Of a stretch of 64,000 bases of DNA, positions 33,069 through 42,400 are shown piece after piece. The position numbers and the translations under genes are program-made. Numbering within the stretch: position 1 is the first letter of the stretch; each line of letters opens with the position of its first letter. The stretch lies in contig CAWBWI010000006.1 of NCBI GenBank assembly GCA_963792585.1, positions 160,001 to 224,000 of the forward strand, given 5' to 3'. The notes under the pieces are model-generated. The model was not told the DNA's origin. It was given only the letters and a program-made list of their open reading frames with translations, and made no database searches. This stretch comes from Candidatus Eiseniibacteriota bacterium (lineage in GTDB: Bacteria; Eisenbacteria; RBG-16-71-46; CAIMUX01; VGJL01).

Positions 33069-36000
33069 ATGCGTATTCTTGTGATGTCCGCTCTGTGCTG
33101 CCTGCTGTCGGCCGGCGTGATCGTCTCCGCCTCCGCTGAACCGACCCCGCAGTTGCTGTTTCGCCCCGATATCCACGGGGATCAGGTCGTCTTCACCAGC
33201 GAAGGCGACCTGTGGCTCGGCTCGATCGCGTCGCACTCCGCCTCGCGGATCACATCCGACGACGGGGCGGAGGGGCCGGCGCGCTTCTCGCCGGACGGAC
33301 GGAGCATCGCCTTCACGGCGCATTACGACGGCGGAACCGATGTCTACCTGATGGACGTCTCCGGCGGCATGCCGCGCCGCCTGACCTGGGATCCCGCCGG
33401 CGCGACCGTCCAGGGTTGGACGCCGGACGGTCGGAACGTCGTCTTCAAATCCCAGCGCAACGGAGGGACATGGCGCAGTCGTTTCTGGAGCGTTCCCGCC
33501 GCGGGCGGAAGCCCCGCCCTGCTGCCGGTGCCGTACGGGGAGTTCGCGTCGATGAACGCGGACGGCAAGCGCCTGGCTTACGTGCCGGTGAGCGCGGAGT
33601 GGCAGCACTGGAAGCGCTACCGCGGCGGAAACGCCGATGACATCTGGCTCGCCGACCTGGCTGCCCACACCTTCCGGCGGCTCACCTCCGATCCCCAGAT
33701 CGACACGGAGCCGGTCTGGGTGGGGAACGAGATCTACTTCGTCTCCGATCCCGACGGGCACGCAAACCTCTACAAGTGTGACCCGGAGACCGGCGCCATC
33801 ACGCAGGCGACGCGGTACAACGACTTCGATGTGCGCTATCCGGGAACCGACGGCGCGCGGCTCGTCTTCGAGCACGGCACCGGTCTGGCGCTGTACGATC
33901 CCGCCGCCGACCGGACCGAGGAGATCCGGTTCGACCTCCACTCCGACAGGATCCACGCGCGCGAGCGGCGCGTGCCTGCGCTCAAGAACCTGTTCGGCGT
34001 GGCCATCGGTCCGACCGGAAAACGGATCCTCGTCTCGGCGCGCGGGCAGATCCTGAGCGCTCCCGTGGAGCAGGGTGAAGTGCGACCGCTGGCCGCGATC
34101 GCCGGCAGCCGCTGCCAGTATCCCGCCTGGTCCGTGGACGGCAAGCAGGTCGCCTACGTCTCGGATCAATCCGGTGAGGAACAGATCTACGTCGTCTCAT
34201 CGACCGGCGGCGCGGCCCGCCAGGTGACCAAGGACCACAAGGGCCCGCTTGGACCGCTTGCCTGGTCTCCGGACGGCAAGCGGCTCGCCACGAGCGACCG
34301 CGAGATGCGCATCTTCCTCGTCGACGTCGAGAGCGGCGCGATGACCCTGGTGGACCAGGCGGATCGCGGCGGCTCGTACGACGTCGTTCTCTCGTCGTAC
34401 CGCTTCAGTCCGGACGGGAAGTGGCTCGCCTACTCGAGGCTCGAGCCGAACTGGAACTCCGTCGTCTATCTCTACGACATCGCCGGAAGGAAGAGCACCC
34501 CGATCACGACCCCCGAGATGGGCAGCTACGCCCCCGCGTTCGATCCCGCCGGCAAGTATCTCTGCTTCCTCTCGGATCGGGTATTCAACGCGCGCGTCAC
34601 CAACACGAACCGGTTCTTCTCCTTCGACAAGGTCACCAAGGTCTCCATGGTCACGCTCTCCGCCAAGGAGAAGTCCCCCTTCCTGACGCCGAATGATCAG
34701 GAAGGCGTCGCGCCCGACTCCGCCGCGAGCGCCGAGAAGGAGGAAAAGGAGAAGAAGGTCGAGAAGGACGGAGCCGCGAAGAAGGCGCCCGAGCTTCCGA
34801 AGATGAAGGTCGACGTCGAGGGGTTGGCCGCGCGGATCGTCGAGGTGCCGGTGCCCGCGGACAACTACGTGCGCGTGGAACCGCTCGAGGGTCGTATTCT
34901 GCTCGAAACCTACGGGGCCGGCGGATCCGACGGCCCGTTCCCCGCACCTTGCCAGCTCCGAGCTTTCGACATCAAGAAGAAGGAGACCAAGGTCGTCGTC
35001 GACTCTCTCACCGATTTCCAGATCTCCGCCGATCACCTGAAACTGCTCCTTCAAGTCCGCCAGGAGTTCAGCGTCGTGGACGCCGCCGTCGATGCGGTCA
35101 CCCCCGACGACAAGAGCAAGATCACCGTCGACACGAATTCATGGATCGTCCAGGTGGATCCCGTCTCCGAGTGGCGGCAGATCTACGGAGAAACCTGGCG
35201 GGTCGGCCGGGATTTCTTCTATGACCCCGCGATGCATGGCGTCGACTGGCAGGCAGCCGGAAAGAAGTACGAGACCCTGCTGCCGGCCATGGCCGACCGG
35301 AGCGATCTGAACTTCGTCATCGGCGAGTTGATCGCGGAGTTGAACTGCGGGCACGCGTACGTCGGCGGTGGGGATCTGACCTCCGGGCGGAGACTGCCCA
35401 TGGGATACCTGGGCGCGGATCTCGAGCCGGTTTCGGGGGGGACGCCTGCGTACCGCGTGATCAAGATCTACCCTGGCGACGGTTTCGATCTCCAGGCGCG
35501 CTCGCCCCTGCTCGCTCCGGGAATCGACGTCAAGCCGGGCGACTACATTCTTGCCGTCGCAGGGCAGCCCGTCCGCGCGGATCAGGACATCCAGGCGATG
35601 CTTGCCGGAACGGCCGACCGGCAGATCACGCTCACGGTGAATGCCAAGGCATCGATGGACGGCGCCCGCGAGGTGCTGATCCGACCGATGGACAGTGAGT
35701 ATGCCGCGCGCTACTACGACTGGGTCGCAGGCCGGGTCGCCTATGTGCGCGAGCGTGGCGGCGAGAGATTCGGGTACCTGCACCTTCCCGATATGAGCGG
35801 AGCGGGACTGCGGGAGTTTGCGAAGCACTATTACGCGAATCTCGACAAGGACGCGTTGGTCTACGACGTGCGCTTCAACGGAGGCGGCTTCATCGACGGG
35901 ATGATCCTGCTCCAGATGTCATCGAAGCCCTACACCTACTTCAAGCCCCGCTACGGCGCCTCATGGACGCGCCAGGACTGGGCCTTCGCGGGCCACAGCG

Positions 36001-36392
36001 CCGCCCTCGTCAACGACCAGAGTTACTCCGACGCCGAGGAGTTTTGCGACGCCTTCCAGCGGCTGAAGATGGGGCCCGTGATCGGGGTCCGCAGTTGGGG
36101 CGGCGAGGTCGGGAGCGGTGGCGGCTACCCGCTCGTCGACGGCGGAAAGGTCTTCATCCCGAACTACGGCGAGTGGTCGCCCGACGGCAAGTGGCTGATC
36201 GAGGGAGCCGGCGTCATTCCCGACATGGTCGTCGAAGACGACCCAGCCGCGCTCATGGCCGGACGGGATCCTCAACTCGACAAGGCGATCGAGCACCTCA
36301 AGCAGAAGCTCCTCGCGGAGCCCGTGGCGCGGCCGGGTCCGCCGCCGTTCCCGGTCAAAGCGAATCGCGGGTCGGATACGGGAGGACGTTAG
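33069..36392 (+). CDS. Tricorn-like S41 protease (PD40/beta-propeller, PDZ, S41 catalytic domains)
   Basis: Signal peptide and repeated FSPDG/WSPDG motifs. Also ELNCGHAY, GYLHLPDM, DVRFNGGG, SYSDAEEF, IGVRSWGG and EGAGVIPD. Confidence 0.92.
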   Translation: MRILVMSALCCLLSAGVIVSASAEPTPQLLFRPDIHGDQVVFTSEGDLWLGSIASHSASRITSDDGAEGPARFSPDGRSIAFTAHYDGGTDVYLMDVSGGMPRRLTWDPAGATVQGWTPDGRNVVFKSQRNGGTWRSRFWSVPAAGGSPALLPVPYGEFASMNADGKRLAYVPVSAEWQHWKRYRGGNADDIWLADLAAHTFRRLTSDPQIDTEPVWVGNEIYFVSDPDGHANLYKCDPETGAITQATRYNDFDVRYPGTDGARLVFEHGTGLALYDPAADRTEEIRFDLHSDRIHARERRVPALKNLFGVAIGPTGKRILVSARGQILSAPVEQGEVRPLAAIAGSRCQYPAWSVDGKQVAYVSDQSGEEQIYVVSSTGGAARQVTKDHKGPLGPLAWSPDGKRLATSDREMRIFLVDVESGAMTLVDQADRGGSYDVVLSSYRFSPDGKWLAYSRLEPNWNSVVYLYDIAGRKSTPITTPEMGSYAPAFDPAGKYLCFLSDRVFNARVTNTNRFFSFDKVTKVSMVTLSAKEKSPFLTPNDQEGVAPDSAASAEKEEKEKKVEKDGAAKKAPELPKMKVDVEGLAARIVEVPVPADNYVRVEPLEGRILLETYGAGGSDGPFPAPCQLRAFDIKKKETKVVVDSLTDFQISADHLKLLLQVRQEFSVVDAAVDAVTPDDKSKITVDTNSWIVQVDPVSEWRQIYGETWRVGRDFFYDPAMHGVDWQAAGKKYETLLPAMADRSDLNFVIGELIAELNCGHAYVGGGDLTSGRRLPMGYLGADLEPVSGGTPAYRVIKIYPGDGFDLQARSPLLAPGIDVKPGDYILAVAGQPVRADQDIQAMLAGTADRQITLTVNAKASMDGAREVLIRPMDSEYAARYYDWVAGRVAYVRERGGERFGYLHLPDMSGAGLREFAKHYYANLDKDALVYDVRFNGGGFIDGMILLQMSSKPYTYFKPRYGASWTRQDWAFAGHSAALVNDQSYSDAEEFCDAFQRLKMGPVIGVRSWGGEVGSGGGYPLVDGGKVFIPNYGEWSPDGKWLIEGAGVIPDMVVEDDPAALMAGRDPQLDKAIEHLKQKLLAEPVARPGPPPFPVKANRGSDTGGR

Positions 36393-36403
36393 CCAGGCGC
36401 GCC

Positions 36404-37543
36404 TCAGGCCCCACCCTCGGTGAGCGCCATCCGTCGCAGCCACCGGTAGTGAGATGCCACACCCGTCCAGAAGGTCCGGTGCTCCGCATAGCGGATGCCG
36501 TAGTCGCGACAGGTCGATTCGACGACCTTCGAGAGCTCGGGGTAGTGGATGTGGCAGATTCGAGGGAAGAGATGGTGCTCGACCTGGTAGTTGAGGCCGC
36601 CGAGGAACCAGGTGGCGAGTTTGCTCCCCCGCGCGAAGTCGACGGTCGTCTCGACCTGGTGGACGGCCCACGCCTTCTCCATCTCGGTCGTCCCTTCTCT
36701 CGGGAGTGGGAAGTCCGCTTCCTCGACGCAGTGAGCAATCTGAAAGACCACGGCGAGGATGATCCCCATCACGATGGCAACCACGCCATAGAACAGGAGC
36801 ACGGTCCAAATCGGATGGACGAGCACGGGGATTCCGATCATCAACGTGAAGAAGACAAGCTTGCCCGCAATGAAGGTCGCGAGCTCTCCGCCCTTCGGGC
36901 GAGGAAACCGGTGCGCCTGGATCTTGCCGACGATCACATCGCGAAAATCGCTGATGAGATGCCACTGCACGACCATGAAGCCGTAGATCGGCCATAGGTA
37001 GTAGTGCTGCCACCGGTGGAACGGGAGCTTCTTGCTCGCGGGCGCCATGCGACCCAGGAGGCCCACATCGATGTCCGTGTCGAGACCCGCGACGTTCGTG
37101 TACGTGTGGTGGAAGGTCGTGTGTCTTCCCCGGTAGAGGTACGAACTGCCGCCGATGAGGTCCAGCGTCATCGCCGCCAGCCGGTTGATCCACGGGCGGT
37201 CCGAGTAGGCCCGATGTCCGCCATCGTGCTGGATCCCGAGCCCGATGCCCGCCGTCGCGAGCCCGAGCATGATCGCCGTGGGAATGGCCTGCCACCAGGT
37301 GCGGACGACGAAGACGAGCAGGATGTAGAGGGCCGCGAAACTCGCCAGGAGGACGGCGCTCTTCAAGTACATCTGCCAGCAGTCCCGGCGGGACTTCCCG
37401 GTCCGATCGAAATAGCCGTCCACGCGTCGCCGGAGTTCGGCCTGAAATGCGTTGTCCCGCTGGTACTTCACCCGGTCCCCCGTATCCGCCACGGGGCGTA
37501 TCTGTGCGTTCATCAGTTTATGCGAAGCTCCTACGTTGCTCAT
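36404..37543 (-). CDS. Membrane fatty acid (acyl-CoA) desaturase
   Basis: His boxes QHDGGH, HTTFHHTYTN and QVEHHLFP, plus FQIAHCVE. Confidence 0.92.
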   Translation of the reverse strand: MSNVGASHKLMNAQIRPVADTGDRVKYQRDNAFQAELRRRVDGYFDRTGKSRRDCWQMYLKSAVLLASFAALYILLVFVVRTWWQAIPTAIMLGLATAGIGLGIQHDGGHRAYSDRPWINRLAAMTLDLIGGSSYLYRGRHTTFHHTYTNVAGLDTDIDVGLLGRMAPASKKLPFHRWQHYYLWPIYGFMVVQWHLISDFRDVIVGKIQAHRFPRPKGGELATFIAGKLVFFTLMIGIPVLVHPIWTVLLFYGVVAIVMGIILAVVFQIAHCVEEADFPLPREGTTEMEKAWAVHQVETTVDFARGSKLATWFLGGLNYQVEHHLFPRICHIHYPELSKVVESTCRDYGIRYAEHRTFWTGVASHYRWLRRMALTEGGA

Positions 37544-38321
37544 TGCACCTCAACACTTTCGATTCTGAAGAGAATATGCCCATCGAGAGTGCCCTTCAGG
37601 GGGTTGCCTCTCGACGTCGTCCCTCGAAATCGCCTCTCCAAGCCGCCCTCAGATTCGCCCTTCGAGTCCGCCCCTAGAGTTCGATACTAGCCGCCCCTGA
37701 CCGGGAAATCCGCCAGGGAACGCCCCGGAAAGATAGGGACAAAGTCGTATTGACGAAGGTGATTCCATAAGGGCAAAGCGGGCGGCGTCAGGAGTCGACA
37801 GGATGTCTCGTTCCCACAAGGGAACCCTCCCGACCAGGGCCTTGGTAGGTTCGGCCCAGCGCCTGATCGGCCCAGAACATCTTCTGATCAAGATACATAA
37901 GACTGCGCTCGAATTCCAGCGGAGGCGTGGCATGAGTCGCGGTAACTGACCTATGAATAACAGGTTACCGATAACAGCAACAAGAACGATTTGAGTTGCA
38001 CCTCCTGACATTCCGGCCGTAAGATGCTTGGTCACGATCCAAGCGGATCGTCCTCGATCCTCGAGCGTGATCGGCATGCTAGAGGCGACGAGGCTGCCTC
38101 CAACGAGGGGACCCGATGCGCAGAGTCATCCAGATCTCATGGGAACGGCTCCCGTTCACCTGAGTGCGTTGCCAATCGCGGCAGCGTGACTGCGCCTCGT
38201 TGAACCTCTAGCCCCCACATCGCGCCCCTTCGGTTCACTTCGCGCCACCCTGCCGCTCTCTTCGCCGGGTCCGCCGAAGTCATGAAACCTAAGACCTAAC
38301 CAAAGGGGAGACGAAACCGTC

Positions 38322-39344
38322 ATGAACAGAGCATGGATACTGTTGCTACCGCTGGTTCTCATGGGGGTGCCCATTCGCGCGCTCGCCGGCGGCTGTGGCT
38401 GAGTGCCCGTCTCGCTCCCCGTTGGGGAGCAGATCACGACCCACATCCCCGGTACGCTCCGGGCCGGCTACGGATTCGCCTATTCGGATACCGATCACTA
38501 CTACATCGGCGAGGAGCGCGATGCACCGACCGAGACGAATGTGGCGCCGGCCACTCTCGGCATCGAGCACATCCTCGGCCTCGAGTACGATCTGGCGCGG
38601 AAGTTCACCCTCGTCAGCGAGATCCCCTTCGTCCATACCGAGCAGAGCCGCAAGTTCGGCGGGGTTGCGGGGACCATGAAGGCAAGCGGGCTCGGCGACG
38701 TCCGCCTGCTTGCCCGTTACTGGATCTCCGACCAGAATCCCGGGCTTCGCTGGTATACCGCGATGGGGGTGCGCCTGCCGACCGGCGACTCGGACGGCAC
38801 GTTCCGCGCGAAGAACGGAATGCTCGTGACCAAGGACCTGGCCGCCCAGGCGGGGACCGGGAACCCGGCCGGGATCGTGGAGATCGGCGGCGGCGCCATG
38901 CTCGGCGATCGTATCGGCCTCGGCTTCTCGGCCCGGTACATCTTCACTCCGGATGCGACAACGGTGAACAATTTCCGCAACGAGTTGACGGGCAACGGCC
39001 CGAAGATGAACTCGGATTCGGACGCGGCAACGGCCCGTGTCAGGTTCAGTTCACCCCTGAGCATGGGGGACGGGGCCCTTTCCCGCGTGGCCGCCAGCGT
39101 CATCGCCGACGTGGCTTGGGTTCCCAACGACGATCTGATTGGTGAGACAGAAGGCTTCCGTCGTGCAGGGCCGATCGTCCTCCTAGGCCCCGGGCTCAGC
39201 TGGGCGCCACGCCAGGCCTTCGCCGTGTCGGCCGCCGTGCCGGTCGCGGTCTACAGGAACGTCCAGGAGAACGGGGGCAACGTGCAGGAGTGGATGCTCC
39301 AGCTTTCGCTCTCGTACAACATCCTGAATGGAGCAAGTCGGTAG
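38322..39344 (+). CDS. Putative selenocysteine-containing outer-membrane beta-barrel channel (COG4313/MetA-pathway-like), TGA at 38400-38402
   Basis: AAGGGGAG RBS, then ATG 38322: MNRAWILLLPLVLMGVPIRALA-GGCG-TGA, in frame with the 38403 ORF (GLGDVRLLARY, GVRLPTG, QAGTG, terminal strand LQLSLSYNI). A SECIS-like hairpin follows. Confidence 0.8.
38414..38430 (+). promoter_or_regulatory. Candidate SECIS element of the beta-barrel gene
   Basis: GCTCCCC-GTT-GGGGAGC, a perfect 7-bp stem 11 nt after the TGA, with the same flanks as the selD hairpin. Confidence 0.72.
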
Positions 39345-39355
39345 CGGGAGACGCT

Positions 39356-39406
39356 GAGGATGGTGGCGGGCAGACATCTCCAGCGGGAGATGCCGCCATC
39401 ATCCTC
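39356..39406. terminator. Hairpin between convergent genes
   Basis: GAGGATGGTGGCGG pairs with CCGCCATCATCCTC (G-U allowed), enclosing CATCTCC-AGCG-GGAGATG. Confidence 0.5.
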
Positions 39407-39492
39407 GGCTGCACTCGGAACCGAAGGCTGCGCGACGAGCGGCCGTTTTTGTGGGCGGATTCCCCACTCGATTGCCGCAGCCACTCCGAATG

Positions 39493-42400
39493 TCAGTCGC
39501 CCGATCCGGGGATCCGAACCTCGACGGTGTGTTCGCGCCGGTCATCGACCAGAGGGATGCCGGCGTCCGTGCGCGCGACGCCGTCCATGGTCACCACCGC
39601 GCCGACCTCCGCTGCAGGCAGTTGCAGAATCGTGATGTGGTAGAGAGTTTCCCGATAGCGGTAGTGGATCTTGAAGGACTTCCAATCCGCGGGAATGCAC
39701 GGAACGAGCCGCAGCGTCTCCCCTTCCCGCCTGAGCCCCAGGAGCGACTCGACGATCAACCGGTACATCCAGCCCGCCGAGCCGGTGTACCACGTCCAGC
39801 CGCCTCGACCGGTGTGTGGAGGGTAGGCATAGACGTCGGCCGCCATCACGTACGGCTCCACCCTGTAGATCGCCGTTTCCGCGGGAGTCCTGGAGTGGTT
39901 CACGGGATTGATCATGCCCAAGAGGTCCCAGGCGCGCCTGCTGTCCCCCAGGGCCGCGAATGCCATCGCCGCCCAGACGGCCGCGTGCGTGTATTGCCCA
40001 CCGTTCTCCCTCACACCCGGGGGGTATCCCTTGATGTAGCCCGGGTTCAAGGCCGAGCGATCGAAAGGAGGGTCCAGGAGTTGGACCAGCCGAGCCTCCC
40101 GCCGAACGAGCCGCAGGTCCAACGCTTCCATCGCCTCGCGCGATCTCGCGACCTCGCCGGCCCCGCTGAGAACGGACCAGCTTTGAGCAATCGAGTCGAT
40201 CTGGCACTCGTCATTCTCGGCGGACCCGAGGGCCGATCCATCATCGAAGTACGCACGGCGATACCACCCACCATCCCAGCCGGCCGATTCTGCGCTGTCC
40301 CGCATCCGCTTCGCATCGCGCCCGCAGCTCTCCGCGAAAGGCAGATCGCCGCGCCTTCGGGCGAGTTCCGCGAACCGCACATACACTTCATGGCGGAAGA
40401 AGGCCAGCCAGACACTCTCGCCCTTTCCACCTGCCCCAACCATGTTCATGCCGTCGTTCCAGTCGCCGGAACCCATGAGTGGCAGGTCGCGTTCTCCCAC
40501 GCTCGAGCCATACCGAATCGCGCGGACACAGTGGTCGTACAGGGATGCGGTCTCATCGGACTGGGTCGGCAGATCGTAGTAGGAGTCCTCTTCGGCCTTG
40601 AGGGGTCGACCCACGCGGAACGGTATCGATTCCTCCAGCACTCCGGTATCTCCCGTGGCCAGGACGTATCGGGACGTCGCCAACGGAAGCCAGAGGTAGT
40701 CGTCCGAGCAGTGTGTACGCACCCCCCTGCCCGATGGCGGGTGCCACCAATGCTGGACATCTCCCTCTACGAATTGACGCGATGCGCAGAGAATCAACTG
40801 CTCCCGCAACAGGCGCGGCTCGGCATGAACGAGGGCCATCGCATCCTGCAGTTGATCGCGGAAGCCGAACGCGCCCCCCGGCTGGTAGTACCCGGTGCGC
40901 GCCCAGATCCTGCACGCCAGAGTCTGGTACAGAAGCCAGCCATTGGCCATCACATCCAGGGACGGCTCCGGGGTCTCGATGCGGACAGCGCCGAGGGTGT
41001 GATTCCAGTATTCACGCACTTCTTCGAGCGCGCCGCGCGCCGCATCGGATCCTCGGAACCGCTCGGCCAACTTTCCGGCATCGTCGGCGTTCTGTCCCAC
41101 GCCGAGCCTGAAGACGAGCTCGCGCTGGCGGCCATCGGCCAGGTCGAATGGAACCTGGATCGCAGCGCATGGGTCCAGGGCGACGCCGACTTTCCCCGAT
41201 AGGTGCGATCGCGACATGGCGGCCGGACTTCGCAGCGTTCCATTGCGGCCGATGAACTCGGTCCGGTCACAGCTGATCGTGCGCGACATGTCATCCGCGT
41301 CGAAGAAGGCGACGCGTCCCGCGAACTCCGTATTGTAGGGATTCCACGCGAACAGCGCCCCGGTCTTGGCGTCGATCTCCGTGCCGACATGCATCGCCGA
41401 CTTCGGACGAAGATCTCCGAGTACCCATTCCACGTATCCCGTCACGGAAAGCCGGCGGGCCCTTCCCGACTCATTGAGCACTCGCAGCGCCATGAATTTC
41501 ACCGGAGAGTCCGGAGCCACGTAGATCCATAGCTCCGAACGGATCCCATCCTCCGCGTGCTCGAAGACGCTGTAACCGAATCCGTGCCGGCAGATGTGGG
41601 TTCCGATTGCCGGACCGGGCAGCAACGTCGGTGACCAGAAGCGGCCGGTCTCCTCGTCCCGGATGTAGAAGGCCTCACCGCCGGTCTCGCTGACGGGATC
41701 ATTCGCCCACGGGGTCAGCCGAAATTCCTGGGCATTCTCGCTCCAGGTATAGCCGGGGCCGCTCTGCGAAACGACGGTCCCGAATTGCGGGTTCGCCAGA
41801 ACATTGACCCACGGCGCCGGCGTGGTTTGCCCTTGTTCGGTCTTGATCACATACTCACGGCCATCCGGCGAAAACCCTCCCAACCCGTTGAAGAAGGTCA
41901 ACTCCCTGCGCTCCTGCTCCGCGCCCGGGGGTGCGGCCCGACTCGCGCGCGTCATCGCGAATCGTGGGACGGGCAATTGCCCTTCGGCCGGTCGGCTCAT
42001 TTGATCCGCAAGCGTCCCCCGCCCATCGATGATGATGGCGCGCGCGACCGATTGGAGGAGGATCCGATCTTCATCGGAGATCTGCTCCGCAGATCGGACG
42101 AGAATGGTGCCGGAGCGATCGGAGGCGCCGGTCTCAATCCCTGCGGCGATGAATCCCATGATCTGCTCGTGCAGGACCTGCCGGTAACCTGCCTGATCTT
42201 CGTTCCAGATGACCAGGTCGACCGCCAGACCCTTCAAACGCCAGTACCCGTGCGCCTGAACGAGCTGGCGGACCAGATCGATATTCGATGGATCCCCGAT
42301 CCGCAGGAGCACGATCGGCAGGTCGCCGGAGATGGAGTACCCCCACAGCCCGGATTGGCCCCGATGATTCTTGATGAGGATGCCGGGCTCCGCGCGTAGC

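Noticed and set aside
37619..37682. Degenerate 12-13-bp repeats (GCCCnTC-GAnnnC-like) upstream of the desaturase
   Set aside because: Too degenerate to distinguish from low-complexity GC-rich sequence by eye.
38124..38195. Resemblance to a SAM-I riboswitch (TCATCCAGA...TGCCAAT)
   Set aside because: It lacks the GAGGGA kink-turn/pseudoknot, GCAACC and matching P1 3' strand. Kept only as an unassigned structured candidate.
38385..38399. Lipoprotein lipobox (LAGGC) in the selenoprotein candidate
   Set aside because: The -3 residue is Ala rather than Leu/Val/Ile, and an ALA signal peptidase I site fits better. Not fully excluded.
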